Positions 15,698 through 30,946 of a DNA stretch of 64,000 nt are shown here, piece after piece. Under the pieces are notes generated by a model. That model did not search any database. It was not told the DNA's origin and saw nothing but the letters and a program-made list of their open reading frames with translations. The stretch spans positions 99,324,001 to 99,388,000 of the forward strand of contig OX597817.1 in assembly GCA_951406725.2 (NCBI GenBank), in the 5' to 3' direction. A program made the position numbers and the translations under genes. Numbering within the stretch: position 1 is the first letter of the stretch; every line of letters starts with the position of its first letter. Source of the stretch: Octopus vulgaris (taxonomy: Eukaryota).

Positions 15698-18600
15698 ATG
15701 GCAAAGATGGCAAGGATGGAGACGCAGGTGGTGATAAAAGAAGTCACCCCCACCTGGTGGACACCCAGGAAGAGGTTTTGAGTGAGAAACCTGCCCGGGA
15801 AGTGAACCCAAGTGCAAGTGCTCCTACCAGCAACAAAAGCCATGGAGATGAAGAACCCAAGGAAGAAATAGAGGGAGGAAGAACTAAAAGAAGGACTAAA
15901 GGAACTAAAAGAAAAGCTCAAGCAGGACCAAAGGGTGAAACAGCCAGGAATAGAAGTGGAACCACAAAGGATGGAAACAAACAGCGCACACGGGTGTGTA
16001 GGTTCTACCTGAGAGGTACCTGCTGGCATGGAGAGGAAGGTGCAGGCTGCCGCTTTGCACATCGGGGACCCTGCCGCAGAGACACGAAACAGATAAGAAA
16101 CAAACCATCAACAAAAGGAAAAGGGATGGACCACGCACCACCTGCCTCAAAACGGAGGTACGCAGATGTGGTGCGTGCCACAAACCGCCAACATGATGTT
16201 GTTGAAAGGACAGCTGCTGAGCAACAATCTTTTTTGTGCATGGCCCAAAAGATTGTACAGTAGCTAACCTGGCTTCATCAAACCCAAGCTCGCAGGTGGG
16301 ACTACCCACAATATACAAGACCACCACAGCAAACAGACCCAAGGTTGACACCGCCGGCAACAACATACACCTCACCTCGATGCTCCTACTGAACATCAAA
16401 GGACTGCAAACACTCAGTAACAGGACAAAAATCCCGTTCTTGAGAGACTTTGTTGCATGCAATCAAGCCTTATGCATAGCACTTACGGAAACGCACCTGA
16501 AACCGGACATAGCAGATGCGGAATTACACATACCACAGTATGTTGTACTACAGACCGACAGAAAAGAAAGGAGTCATGGAGGTGTTGCTATGTACATCCA
16601 TGAGGACCTCACACCCCAGGTCCTTTTGTCATACTCAAACTCGGTGTGTGACACACTAATTGTACATATAAGGCAACTTGATGTAGTTGTGTGTGCAACA
16701 TATCGCCCTCCAGATGCCCCAAGCCATGTAGGCAAGTTTGAAGACTGCCTTATAAAAATAGAAGAAGTTCTAATCACATTAGAACAACACATAATTGTAC
16801 TTCTTATGGGAGACTTCAATCTACCCAATGTCAGATGGCCCAAGGGCTTTTCTCTCCCAGGAATGACAAGATGTGAACGAGGACAGGCGAGGTCCCTCCT
16901 GAACCTCATCAACACCCTGTACATGGAGCAAGTAATACTCCAACCAACCAGGGCAGGTAACACACTGGATCTCTGCTTCACAAATAATATGGATCTCATC
17001 CATAATGTGAAAGTGACACCGACACTACTCTCGGATCACAACATGGTAGAGCTGACCATGTACGGGCCAAAGGAAAGCATGGACATGCAACCTACAAGAA
17101 ACCCTCAGAATCTTTCCAGCTTGAACTTCCATAAGGCAAACTGGAAACAAACTGGAAACAAAACTGGCCTGAATGTCTCTCCTCGCCAGACATCGACGTG
17201 AAACTTCAACAATTCATGTCTGTAATGCAAGCCATATGCTACAAATGTGTCCCAGAGAGAAAGGCCACTGTACACAAGAACAAAATCCCCAGAGAGAGGA
17301 AAATTTTAATGAGACGGCGTACAAAAATCTCAAATCTCCAAAACAAACACATTGAAAGCAGTGAAAAGTCCCGCCTGAAAATAAAACTGTTGGAAATTGA
17401 AAAATGTCTGCAACTCTCCCATGAAAAGGAAAGAGCAGACAAAGAAGCCTGGGCTATAGACAACATAAAATCTAACCCCAGAGCTTTCTACAGGTATGCC
17501 AAAGAAACAGCTACGGTGCAATGTAGGATAGGGCCACTCATTGAAAAGGATGGCACACTCACAGGGAAACCAATGAGGGTAAGTGAAATACTGAATGAGC
17601 AATTCAAGAGTGTTTTCACTCCACCCCTTGGGCATTTCCAAATCACCAATCCAACTGGCTATAGATGAAATGAAAACAAACTCAGCTACTGGCCCCGATG
17701 GATTCCTAAAAGTATGTAAGAGAGTCCTAGCAAGACCACTGCAGATCCTCTTTCCGAGCTTCCTTGCAGCTGGCAAATTTCCAAAAAAACTGAAGGAAGG
17801 TAAAATATGCCCTATTCATAAAGGAGGTAGCAGAGCAGAGGCCAAGAACTACAGACCTATCTCTCTGACCTCACACATCAGCAAGGTCATGGAACGAATA
17901 GTCAGAAGGAAACTAATCACCTTCCTTGAAGAAAATGACTTGCTGCCTGACACCCAACATGGTTTCCGACCAGGAAGAAGCTGCTTAACTCAGCTCCTAC
18001 AACACTATGACTGGGTGCTGAAACGACTGCTCAACCACTCAAATGTGGAAGTGATATATCTCGACTTTGCAAAGGCCTTTGCTAAAGTCGATCATGGAAT
18101 GATATGTCACAAACTGCGTGATCTTGGCATAGTTGGAAAATTGGGAGAATGGCTTCATGACTTTCTGAAGGATAGAAGTCAGGTGGTAGTAGCCAATGGG
18201 GCCACTTCCATTAACACGCAAATAGTGAGCGGTGTTCCGCAGGGCACTGTTCATAATGGCCCTCTCAGACATGCCCTCAGCCACGCAGAGAGCCACGATC
18301 ACAAGTTATGCAGATGATACAAAAGTTTCACAGGCAATACAGAACCCTGAAGACACTAAGCACCTGCAATGTGAGCTGGGCAAAATATACAAGTGGGCTG
18401 AAAAGAATAGCATGCAGTTCAATGCTGAAAAGTTTCAAGCTTTATGCTATCAGCATGCAAAACTGAATGCAATACCCAATGAATACACTGGACCCGGAGG
18501 GATTGCAATCCCAGAGGCACAATCATTGCATGACCTGGGTATTTACATGAGTGATGACGCGACCTTTCATGTACATGTTGCTAAACTGGCAATGAAATGT

Positions 18601-19302
18601 AGACGGCTGGCTGGCTGGATTCTTAGAACCTTTAGAACAAGAGAACAAGAAACCATGATGGTCCTCTGTAAGACACTTGTCCTAAGCCACTTTGACTATT
18701 GCTCTCAGCTATGGTCACCATCCAGTGTCAAGTTGATCACAGAACTCGAGGCGATCCAACGAAGCTACACGAAGAAGATAGCCTCTGTGCAGCATATAAG
18801 CTACTGGGAAAGACTCAAGAGATTAAAGCTCTATTCCTTGGAGCGTAGGCGAGAAAGTTATGCCATAATATATATCTGGAAGATCCTGGAAGGACTTGTC
18901 CCAAACTTTGACATCGAGAGTCACACAAATGCCAGAACCGGGCGCCACTGCGTGGTACCAAGGACTCCAAATTTGCCATCAAGATGTAGGACAAGATACT
19001 GTGATAGCCAGGGCTTCAGAGGCCCACTGCTCTTCAATATCCTCCCGAAGATCCTGAGGGACCTGCATGGTGTAGCTGCGGATGTCTTTAAAGTAGGACT
19101 GGATCTCTTCCTGTCAGGTGTCCCGTATGAACCAACTTCACGGCAGGAGGTGCAGATGAGGGCAGCTGCATCGAACTCTCTCATGCACCAAATGGCAGTT
19201 GCTAAAGAGCATTCGTGAAGTAAAACCATGTAGCAAGACCAAATGGCTGTGCCCCAGCATGGCCACAGCTCGTGAGCTGAAACTAGAATCAATCAATCAA
19301 TC
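15698..19302 (+). mobile_element. CR1/L2-group LINE with a CCCH zinc-finger ORF1 and a disrupted APE-RT ORF2
   Basis: ORF 15757-16263 contains CRFYLRGTCWHGEEGAGCRFAH. APE 16236-17201 (LTETHL, GGVA, YRPP, GDFNLP, LDL, SDHN). RT 17595-19218 ([30 protein letters not shown]). (AATC)n tail. Confidence 0.9.
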
Positions 19303-19332
19303 ATATATATATATATATATATGTAATATATA

Positions 19333-19374
<42 letters not shown>

Positions 19375-19375
<1 letters not shown>

Positions 19376-19800
19376 CGTTGCTAGGGTTGAAATCATTAAT
19401 TACATTATTTCTATTGTTATTAGTTTTCTTATCCTGATAGGCAAATATTAGTTTAGACTGGGCCGGGTCGATATATGATACCTTATCCCTATAACCAGCT
19501 TTTGACACGGCGGTATTATAAAATTCCGCTTCTAGATTCTTCTACATCCAACCATTTTGACGTCACTCCTTATAAAAGAATTTTTTAAAGAGACATTCAT
19601 TATCACTATGGGCTCCGTGTGAGCAGTCATCTAAAAGTTTTTTGTGCATCTTGATGTTGACATAAGTTCCTTGCTTTTCCTGATGAGAAAGCGGCATAAT
19701 ATACTCCTTATTCCTTCGCAATTAGGAGTATGCAGCCTTCGAAACATATGTCGAAAATAAAGGAATTTTGTTAATTCGTCGTTCAACTCCATTCTTTAAT
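19375..19800. mobile_element. Short Naiad-like PLE insertion: an inverted RT-thumb fragment (minus, ~19375-19535) joined to a plus-strand 3' end
   Basis: Minus ORF SKAGYRDKVSYIDPA matches SKAGYRQKVIYIDPA in the 59792-62227 protein. The terminus tcgttcaactccatt matches the reverse complement of 58992-59006. Confidence 0.75.
19675..19756 (+). ncRNA. Type I hammerhead ribozyme, canonical core, long stem II
   Basis: UUUUC-CUGAUGA-GAAAGCGGCAUA...UAUGCAGCCUUC-GAAA-CAUAUG-UC-GAAAA. Confidence 0.85.
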
Positions 19801-19833
19801 ATATTTACATATATATATGTATATATATATATG

Positions 19834-19984
<151 letters not shown>

Positions 19985-20041
19985 CTAAATATGTATATAT
20001 ATACATATATATGTATGTATATATATATATATATATGCATA

Positions 20042-20085
<44 letters not shown>

Positions 20086-20087
<2 letters not shown>

Positions 20088-22189
20088 CTTCTTCGCCTTC
20101 AAGGACAACTTCTACCGACAAAAATCGGGGACTGCGATGGGTACACGAATGGCCCCCTCCTTTGCCAACCTAGTCATAGGATATCTAGAGATCAGTCTGT
20201 ATCGTAAGGTTCTAGAAAGATATGGCAGCCCTTTCTCCATCTACATAGAAAACAACTGGAAGAGATATCTAGATGACTGTTTCATCCTTTGGCATAAAAA
20301 TATAGAAAAACTCATAGAATTCCAGGAAATTTTAAACGGACTGGACGTAAACATCCAATTCACGATGGAATATTGCCAGCAACAACTCCCCTTCCTCGAT
20401 ATCCTCATTAAGAAAGCTAATAATATAATAGAAACAGACATATATTATAAGCCTACAGACTCTAAGCAATATCTTCCATTCAATTCATGCCACCCCAGAC
20501 ACACCAGGATGAATATCCCCTTCAACCTAGCAAAAAGGATATGCACTATAGTCTCGAACACAAACACCAGAGACACACGACTACAAGAACTAAAAGATAC
20601 CCTTATCACCAGGAACTATCCACCTTCACTTATTGACAAGTGCATTCAACAAGTGCATTCAACTTAACATCAAGGAACTGAGACATCCCAAATCAAAGAA
20701 AAACTTACAACCAAAAGCCTTACCATACATCTCCACACACAACCCTCTCAATAACGAAGCCTTCGGCACCATCCTCCACAACATACCCCTCCTAAAAAAA
20801 GACCACAGAATGAACACAATCCTCCAAACACACACGATCATAAAAAGCAAGAGACAGCCTAAATCCATGAAAAGTCTCCTAACACAAGCCCGAATTCACT
20901 CTTCAACACAGAAGCCGACAGTAAAAAAATGTGGAAGACCCAATTGCGGGATATGCGATTATCTAATTGAGGGATCAGAGTTCTCCTTCAAACAGGGACA
21001 ACGGTTTACAGTGAAAAGCAACTTCACATGTTCTTCGGAGAACCTAATATACTCACTAACTTGCTCCGGGTGTCAAGAGCAGTACATAGGCCAAACAAAA
21101 AATAGTTTGCGTAAACGAATGGCCCTGCACAGATCCCAGATAAAAATCCCCAAAACAGAAAAATAGCTTTTAGCCAACACATAGATACTTGCGCCAACAA
21201 AAAAACACCAAGCTTCAGGATTTTCCCCCTCTACCAATTTAGAGACGATACAACCTCGGACAACGAATAAGTAAAGAAACTCTCTTTATTGCAAAATAGA
21301 GGCCACTTCTTAACGGGTCTACGACAAACAATATACCTCAACTTTAGAATAAAAGAAATATTCACACACAAATATTACATTCCAAAGAATCCATTACTAA
21401 TCACAGCTAAAATCACAGCTATAATCACAACTTCAAGTCATACAACACCTCACTACTTTAACCCATTCATATTCTCCCTTCTCTGTTTTTTTCTTCTTCT
21501 TCCTCTTCTTCTTCATCATCATCATTATCATCATCATCGTCGTCATAATCATCACCACCATCACCATCATCGTCATCTTCTCCTTCTTCTTCTTCTTCTT
21601 CTTCTTCTTCTTCATCATCATCATCATCATCATCAACATCGTCATCTTCTTCTTCTTCTTCTTCTTCTTCTTCTTCTTCTTCTTCTTCTTCTTCTTCTTC
21701 TTCTACTTCTCCACCTCCTACCCCTTAACTTTGTCACTAATGTTTTTTAGTATAACACCTACGCAAATTCTATAAACAAGCCTTTCAATATAAATATTCT
21801 CCTGAATTGAACTGCGACTGCCAGCCGCCACTGACCATTCAAAATACGACCATCAGGGCACTCCCAGATTCTCCCACCCCCTTTCCTCACCAGCCTTCTT
21901 CCTCTACTACCCTACCAAGAACTCACAACGACCTCCAACACACAAGTGCAAACAAGGGAGTCAGAGAAAGGCAGAATGCCACTTAAATCTGAACACTACT
22001 ATAGAAATATTCCTTTAAAAAAACTTTTCTTCTAATTTTTCTAAATTTAATTATTTAATCGTTACAGTTGAAAAGGTCTCAAAATGACCGAAGCCGGTAC
22101 TGAAATGTTCACTATAAAATTATTTTAGCATTTTCTATTTTTGACTTGTTTTTTCATATATATCAACTCGTGTGTTCCTTTTCACCCTT

Positions 22190-22190
<1 letters not shown>
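20086..22190 (+). mobile_element. 5'-truncated Neptune-like Penelope element (RT C-half + GIY-YIG), family B
   Basis: [32 protein letters not shown]; Cys linker CGRPNCGIC; LIY...YIGQT..LRKR..LH; CTT/CAT tract in the 3' UTR. Confidence 0.9.
22065..22102 (+). ncRNA. Minimal type I HHR, U3-A8 variant, with GAAA mutated to GAAG
   Basis: CAG-UUGAAAA-GGUC(UCAAAAU)GACC-GAAG-CCGG-UA-CUG. Confidence 0.65.
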
Positions 22191-22228
<38 letters not shown>

Positions 22229-22231
<3 letters not shown>

Positions 22232-24135
22232 TCATCATCATCATTGTTCGACCGTGGTCGAGATGATGGAAATTACCATGCTACGCCAGACTTCACTGTC
22301 CATCATGGCATTACGGAGATCCTGTTGCTGGATGCCTGTATCCCTGGAGATTACATCAGGGTAGGAGAGTGTGCGCCCTCTTGTATTACGAGTAGATGGC
22401 TTCCAGAGGAGAAGAGTAGAAATTACTTCTTTTTCTGCTCTACAACAATGTCCAGCAAACTGGACTCTCCTACCTTTCACAAGAGATGACACAGGCGGTA
22501 TTTTCCCATATATTTGCATTTTGGTTGGATGGCGCTTCCACGAGAGATTTTGAGCTCTCATAAGGAGGCGAGTGTAGGTTCCATCCAACCGCCTCTCAAG
22601 CTTCTATGATAACGTCCAGGTTTCTGAGCCATATAGTAGAATTGGTTCGACTGTGGCTTTGAAGATTTCAAGTTTGAAGTCTCTACTTAGATTTGATGAC
22701 CTGATCTTATGCATGACATTACAGGCTGACCAGGCCATACCCTTTCTAGTTAGAAAGTCTTTTCCAGATGATGATATGTATGACCCAAGATATTTATAAT
22801 CAGAAACCATATTTAAGGGCGCATTGTTGAGAGTATGGATGATGCAATCACTGTTGGACAGGCACTTGTTTATGTATTCAGTTTTGGCCTCATTGAGGTA
22901 AAGACCTACACAATTTGAGGCTTGTTCAAGAGATTGTAAAAGAGACTGGGCATTGGAGAGAGAATCACTGATAAGAGCGATGTCGTCAGCAAAGTCAGTG
23001 TCTGTCAAGTACTCAGCTGGGTGTCTGGAACTTCTTCTTGGTTTTATTTCAAAGCCCTTGCCAGAGATGGTATCAACTGACATACGTAGCACATAATCAA
23101 CAACAATGATGAAAAGAAATGGGGCGAGTGTGTCTCCCTGCAGTATTCCGGCTTTGATTGAGAAAGATGATGTTTCTCCGTCAGGGGTTAAGATGGTTGA
23201 AGACGTATTTGTGTAGAGGACCTTGATGGTATCCCATAGAGCTTAAGGATTTCAAACATCTTGTACCTATCTACAGAATCGAACGCTTTAGAAAAGTCTA
23301 CAAATACCATTGCAAGATCGCGATTAAATGCTTTGATTCTTCAATAAGTCTGCGTAGGCATAGTATCTGGCTCAGCGTTGAGCGCCCATGTCTGAATCCA
23401 TTTTGGTTCTTTCGGAGCAAAGGTTCAACAAAAAGGACAAGATGATTTAGGATCAGATTGTTGTACAGTTTTGCAGCAATTGACATTAGAGATATACCCC
23501 TGTAGTTGGTGACGAGGGATAAATCGCCTTTTTTAGGTATTGGGATGATTTGAGATTGGTGCCAAATCTTTGGAGCAACAAAGGTGGAAAGTGTGTGGTT
23601 GCAGAGGTTGAGCAAAAGTGTGTGAAATCTATCATCCTTCCAAATTATAGCTGGGATGTTGTCTGGACCAAATGCTTTCGAGGCTTTTAGTTGCTTGGTG
23701 GCTGCTGTTAGTTCAAATATGGTAAAAGGGAAGGTGTTGATGTCCAGCGTGTCTGATATAGGCACACTTGGAAGAGTGGGGTTATCAGGGATTTTGGCAT
23801 TCTTCCCAAGGAGGTTTCTAAAATGGGTTGACCAATTTTCTAAACGCTTCTTAGCTGATCCCCCTTTAATTCTAAATGATGACCCAGAATTTGTGCCTGA
23901 TAGGTCTTTGATGGATTTCCAGGCGAGATGGTATTTTTTACTAATGTGCTCTTTGGATAGTTTACTAATTTTGCCATTGATAAAGTCGACCTCGGCGCTC
24001 AAGTAAGCCTCATCAAGATTCTTCTTGGCAGCTATGAGTTGGATCTTCAGTGACTGGGATGGAGAACGGTGGTAAGCTAGTGATATAGACTTTAGATGGT
24101 TTCTGGCTTCGATGACATTTGAGGAATTAGAAGGT
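22229..24135 (-). mobile_element. 5'-truncated RTE/RTEX-type LINE of a distinct family
   Basis: RT pieces: 23298-24002 (GPDNIP, YRGISLMS, QNGFR), 22604-23092 (TDFADDIAL, YKYLGS, LLYGSETW) and 22241-22588. The stop codon runs directly into a (TGA)n tail. Confidence 0.88.
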
Positions 24136-24149
24136 TATATATATATATT

Positions 24150-24214
<65 letters not shown>

Positions 24215-24237
24215 TTGAGGTATATATATATATATAT

Positions 24238-26798
24238 ACTTGAGGTATTTCGTGTTGCAAGACAGTGTGTGAGAGATAATCGTGACGTGGTAGGAGAGAA
24301 ATGTGTTCGCAAGGATGACGGTTCACTTGCGCTAAATGAGGATGCAAAGAGAGAGGCTTGGAGACGCCACTATGAAAGGTTGCTGAATGAGGAAAATGAA
24401 TGGGATAAAGAGAGTCTGCCGAATGTCGACCCAACAGAGGGACCAGCAATCCAAGTTAACAGTTCCTTAGTAGTTAAGGCAATTACAAGCATGAAAACAG
24501 TGAAAGCCCCAGGCCCATCAGGAATTACTGCAGAGATGCTCAAAATATCTGGTAGTGTCGGCTATAGCCTAGTCACCCGTATAGTTAACCAGGTGATACA
24601 CGAAGGAGTCATACCCAATGACTGGTGTAGCAGCATAATAGTCAACTTCTACAAAGGTAAAGGTGACGCCCTAGATACAAATAACTACAGGGGTATCAAG
24701 CTGCTGGATCAGGTAATGAAGGTTGCGGAGAGGGTTATAGCCCAATTAATTAGAGAGAGAGTTAGCTTAGATGAGATGCAGTTTGGGTTCGTGCCAGGGA
24801 AAAGTACTACTGATGCTATCTTCCTGGTAAGACAGCAGCAGGAGAAATACCTAGCCAAAGATAAGCCCCTGTACCTGGCTTTTGTTGACATGGAGAAAGC
24901 CTTTGACAGGGTCCTCCGATCCCTTATCTGGTGGTCAATGAGCAAACTAGGGATAGATGAATGGTTAGTGAGAGCTGTGCGAGCCATTGTCAGAGACGCT
25001 GCTAGTAAGGTGAGGGTTGGCATCGAGTACAGTGAGGAATTCCGGGTAGAGGTTGGGGTCCACCAAGGTTCAGTCCTCAGTCCCCTCCTATTTATCATAG
25101 TCCTCCAGGCAATAACGGAGGAATTCAAGACAGGATGCCCCTAGGAGCTCCTCTATGCTGATGACCTTGCTCTAATTGCTGAGTCACTATCGGAACTGGA
25201 GGAGAAGTTTCAGGTGTGGAAACAAGGATTAGAATCGAAGGGCCTTAGAATCAACCTAGCCAAAACCAAAGTCCTAATAAGTAGGAAGGTGGACCAATCA
25301 CAAACGACTTCAGGTAGATGGCCCTGCTCGATCTGTAAAAAAGGTGTAGCTAGAAACTATATTAGGTGCACCAAGTATAAGCTATGGACACATAAGAGGT
25401 GCAGCAATGTCAAAGGAAGGCTAACTAGGAAAATAGTTTTTGTCTGTGGCAGATGCTCAGGAGCAATAAACACTGGAAATGTGCAGAGACCAACTTCTAC
25501 CACGTTCCAGGGAGATAAACTAGAAGTAGTTGATAGCTACTGCTACCTAGGTGACCAAGTCAGTAGCGGGGGTGGGTGTGCTTAAAGTGTAATTGCTAGA
25601 GTAAGAATAGCCTGGGCAAAGTTTAGAGAGCTCTTACCCCTGCTGGTGACATAAGGCCTCTCGCTCAGAGTAAAAGGCAGACTGCATGATGCATGTGTAC
25701 GTATAGCCATGCTACATGGTAGTGAAACATGGGCCGTGACTGCTGAGGATATGCGTAAGCTCGCAAGAAATGAATCTAGTATGCTCCGATGGATGTGTAA
25801 TGTCAGTGTTCATAATCGACAGAGTGTAAGTACCTTGAGAGAAAAGTTGAACCTAAGAAGCATCAGTTGTGGTGTGCAAGAGAGACGTCTGCGCTGGTAT
25901 GGTCATGTGACGAGAATGGCTGAAGATAGTTGTGTGCAAAAGTGCTACACCCTAGCAGTTGAGGGAACCTGTGGAAGCGGTAGACCCAGGAAAACCTGGG
26001 ACGAGGTGGTGAAGCACGACCTTCGAACTTTAGGTCTCACCAAGGAAATGACTAGAGACCGAGACCTATGGAAGTATGCTGTGCGTGAGAAGACCCGGCA
26101 AGACTAGTGAGGCCATAACCCGTGGCCTCTACCTGCCAATCCCTTGCAGTGGAGGGAACCCGTGGAAGAGGTAGACCCAGGAAAACCTGGGACGAGGTGG
26201 TGAAGCACGACCTTCGAACTGTAGGTCTCACTGAGGAAATGACCAGCGACCGAGACCTTTGGAAATATGCTGTGCGTGAAAAGACCAGGCAGGACAAGTG
26301 AGTCCAGCCCACTTATGCATGCCTTTCCTCCCTTGGACACACCGAGACCTGTTGAGGCAAGCGAAGTCGATATCGAACCTCATCCGACGACAGGCGCATA
26401 TGCTTGCGAAGACCTGTTGGGGCAAGTGAAATCGAAATCGGAATCGATATTGAACCAATCCTATGACTGGCACCCGGCAGATGGACTGGAGATACGTAAA
26501 AAGCACTATCCGAATCGTGGCCGATGAAAACGCCTCGACTGGCTTCCGTGTCGGTGGCATGTAAAAAGCACCATCCGAATCGTGGCCAATGCCAGCCTCG
26601 CCTGGCACCAGTGCAGGTGGCATGTAAAAAGCACCCATTACACTCACGGAGTGGTTGGCGTTAGGAAGGGCATCCAGCTGTAGAAATATTGCCAGATAAG
26701 ACCGGAGCCTGGTGCAGCCTTCTGGCTTCCCAGATCCCCAGTCGAACCGTCCAACCCATTCTAGCATGGAGAACGGACGTTAAACGATGATGATGATG
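24238..26798 (+). mobile_element. 5'-truncated RTE (BovB-like) LINE related to 3778-8495
   Basis: RT ORF 24149-25144 and following fragments are closely similar to 5197-6045. The ORF end is duplicated (~25950-26100 vs ~26140-26290). (GAT)n tail at 26787-26798. Confidence 0.92.
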
Positions 26799-26799
26799 G

Positions 26800-26862
<63 letters not shown>

Positions 26863-26895
26863 ATATATATATGTGTGTATATATATATATGTATG

Positions 26896-26927
<32 letters not shown>

Positions 26928-26944
26928 CATGCCACACGCTAAAG

Positions 26945-27377
<433 letters not shown>

Positions 27378-27378
<1 letters not shown>

Positions 27379-30246
27379 AGTTTGGTCCTAGCTATAGTGA
27401 ACTGTGCTTCCATGTGGTCATTATTATGTCTAGGGATGTAGACTCTTTTGTTGATGGGTAATGTTGTTGGATAAATCCGGTTCATGCAGTAAGTTTTGTC
27501 ACATACGTTGAAGAATTGAGTGTCAAAGGGGTGGGTATACATGTCAATGGTCATTCTAGGGTTATCTTCATTATCGTTACTGTTTCCATCAATAATAGTG
27601 GTAGTAGTAGTGGTGGTGGTAATAGTAGAAGTGGTAATGATGGTAGTTGTGGTGGTAATAGTAATAATAGTAGTAGTGGTAATGGTGGTAATAATAATAG
27701 GCAGGCTGATGATGGAAACAGTAACGATAATGAAGATAACCCTAGAATGACCATTGACATGTATACCCACCCCTTTGACACTCAATTCATCAACGTATGT
27801 GACAAAACTTACTGCATGAACCGGATTTATCCAACAACATTACCCTTCAACAAAAGAGTCTACATCCCTAGACATAATAATGACCACATGGAAGCACAGT
27901 TCACTATAGCTAGGACCAAACTTAGACAGATTTTAGGATTATACACTAAGAGACAGAGACAGAATAAGACAGAGGCACAACAACTCGGGATTAAACCTGC
28001 ATGTGGCCTACATAAGCTCATTCAGCGCACGAGGAACGGAGAGGTGGTATGCCTTCCCACAGATAAGTCCGGCAGGATGTCAATAGACAGCTTACCGAAC
28101 TACATCCAGGCAATGCAACCTCATATCGCCAATACAAAGATAACAACTGTACAGGCACATGAGGAGATAGAAAAGGTCCTCAACGCCCACATGATGATGT
28201 GGACAATTGTTCTGGGACCCCAGAAACGTTCAGGAAATAATTTCCAAGCCTGGAACAATGATATCCCGGCACTGTATGGACTTCGCAAGGACCATAAAAT
28301 AATTACTGACCCTATAGCAGGACCACCAACAAGACCAGTCTGTGGAGCGAATATCGCTAGCAATTACAGAATCTCCTACTTCCTCTCAGTGATCATACGC
28401 CCTATAATCCGGATGTCACCTGATGTTTGTGACAGCACAGAAGATCTCCTCAGCAGGATCGATGACTGTAACAGCACTTGTGACCTGACAGGATGTATGG
28501 TGGGTAGCATGGATGTGGTATCCCTATACCCATCGATCGACGTAGATTTTGCGGTGGAGAAGTGCGTGGAGATGATCAATGAGAGCCAGGTGGAGTTCTG
28601 TAATGTCAACACAGAAGAATTGGGCCTCCTACTTAGACTGACATGTAATACTGAATACTTAGATAAACATAATCTTAGTAGTTTCTGCCCCAGTAGATGT
28701 TTAAGAGGTAGACCGCCCACAATTACTTCTATGGCTAGGAAGACACATATAGAAAGATGGCGCGGATGGACCAGAGCCATACGGAGCCCCGCAAATGTCC
28801 ATCAGATAAAGAAAATGATCGCACATGCACTAGGAGCTAGTATAAGAATTACCCTAAAAGGCCACACATTTAAGTTTAATAATAAAATATATGCCCAGGA
28901 CGAGGGGGCAGCCATCGGCGTTAGTATCGCTGGTGATGTGGCCAACCTTTTCATGGTATGGTGGGACAGAAGGCTTAAAGAACGCCTAACACAGAACTCC
29001 ATACTCGTAAACATGTACTCTCGCTATGTTGATGATATCAACATAGTGGTAAAGGCACCCCCACAAGAGAGTAATGTTGATATAGTAATAGAAACTAATA
29101 CTATGGAGAGCATCCAGCAAATAGCTAACTCCATCCACCAGAGTATTAAGATCACAATAGACTACCCCACTAAACACCCCAACCATAGACTACCAGTACT
29201 AGACACCGAACTCTGGCTAGAAATTGTGAATAATAAAACCCAAATCCTTCATTCATACTATGCCAAACCTATGGCCTCAAAATACTTGATCCACCGGAAC
29301 TCAGCCATTGCGGACAATGCCAAATTCAATATTTTGATGGCAGACCTCGTCAGAATAATGAGAAATGTGTCATGCATGTGCGAGCCCACAGAGTTAAAGA
29401 GACACATACAATATTTCATTCACCGCATGCAGTTCTCAGGTCACAGCCATAAAGAAAGGATCAGAGTATACAAAGGAGCCATTAAGAAATTTGATAATAT
29501 ATTATGTAATGATAGGAATGGTATTTGCCCACTCTATAGGAACAAGTCATGGAACACTATAGAAAGGACAAAAAAAAACAAAAAAGAAAATATGGAAGGC
29601 CAACTCTTGGTATGATAGCCATAAATACCAGAGTGTCATGTTCGTTGACACCACCCCTGGAGGTGAACTGGCGTATCGCTTTAGAAGGACCCTAGACAAA
29701 CTTAAGCTAAGAATTAAGGTTGTTGAAAAGCCAGGCAACCCTATCAAATCTATAATTGGTAGAACCTTATCCTTTTAGTAGAACCCCCTGTACAGATAGG
29801 TACTGTACTGTATGTAGATTTAGCCCACAAACAAACTGTAAAGCCAGAAATGTAGTCTATAGTATAAGGTGTATAGAGGGACGATGCAGTAACAAGACAA
29901 CGACATACGTAGGGGAAACGGCAAGAAGCATAGGAGAGCAGGTAAATGAGCATTGGAGACAACTCAAAGAAGGTAAAAGCTCATCGATTCTGTACCAACA
30001 CGCCGAACAAGAACACGGGGGATCAATCAATAACATAGAAATTAAAATATTATCCACACATAGATCAGATGCAACAATTAGACAAATTACAGAAGCTACA
30101 CACATAATAGAAAATAAACCTAGCCTAAATATAAAACTAGAATGGAGCACTAACACACACCACAACATATGACGATAGAGGATCCTGAAAACATAATAAA
30201 TACACAGATAAATAAATAAATAACTATATATATATATATGTGTGTG

Positions 30247-30293
<47 letters not shown>

Positions 30294-30888
30294 GATTCAA
30301 TTTATTATTATTATTACTAGTATTGTTGTTATACATACATACATACAAGCATATGTAATGATAATAATGGGTGGATGTAAACACATGAACAAAATAAGAA
30401 TAAACAAAAACAAAAACAAAGACAAAAAACAAGAAAAACAAAATACAAAATACAAATTACATGAACATATAAAATTAAAAATTACAAATTACATGAACAT
30501 ATATAAACAGAAGATACAAATATTACAGGCATCCCCCACATACACACACTAAATAAACATAAACGCACATAGAGATATAAGCATGCGCAAATGAAGACAT
30601 ACAATAGAAATACAAAATGGCTGACGGTTAGTAAGGAGAGACACAAATAAGTGAGAAGAAAACAAAGGACCACTGATGCGGTCACAGTAGTGTGACGAAA
30701 GAACTCTGGCCGAAATAAGATTAAGATTAATGTAAAAAATAAATAACACTGAAGCAAAGTAACACCAAATATATAGTGCGTGTGTTTTTATTGGCTAATC
30801 TGGCAAAATGACCATTCCGAAATATAACAATATCTGTTTCAACACACGACTTCACATAAAAAATCTTGCACAACAAATATTTAAACGT
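27378..30888 (+). mobile_element. Nematis-like Penelope element with an inverted 5' duplication; frameshift in the poly-A near 29580
   Basis: ORF 27516-29615: PTDKSG, LYGLRKDHK, PTRPVC, SMDVVSLYPSI, QDEGAAIG, RYVDD, LPVLD. ORF 29756-30172: C..C..C linker, NVVY...YVGET.R, EA..I...P.LN. 27378-27590 is the reverse complement of ~27710-27923. Confidence 0.85.
30668..30711 (+). ncRNA. HHR-like motif with variant core CUGAUGCG
   Basis: GACCA-CUGAUGCG-GUCACA(GUAG)UGUGAC-GAAA-GAAC-UC-UGGCC in the PLE 3' UTR. Confidence 0.55.
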
Positions 30889-30946
30889 ATATATATATAT
30901 ATGTATATATATATATGTATATATATACATATATATATGTATATAT

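Noticed and set aside
21289-21750. Poly-His/Leu/Lys ORFs (also 49730-50059)
   Set aside because: They translate CTT/CAT trinucleotide tracts in the PLE 3' UTR.
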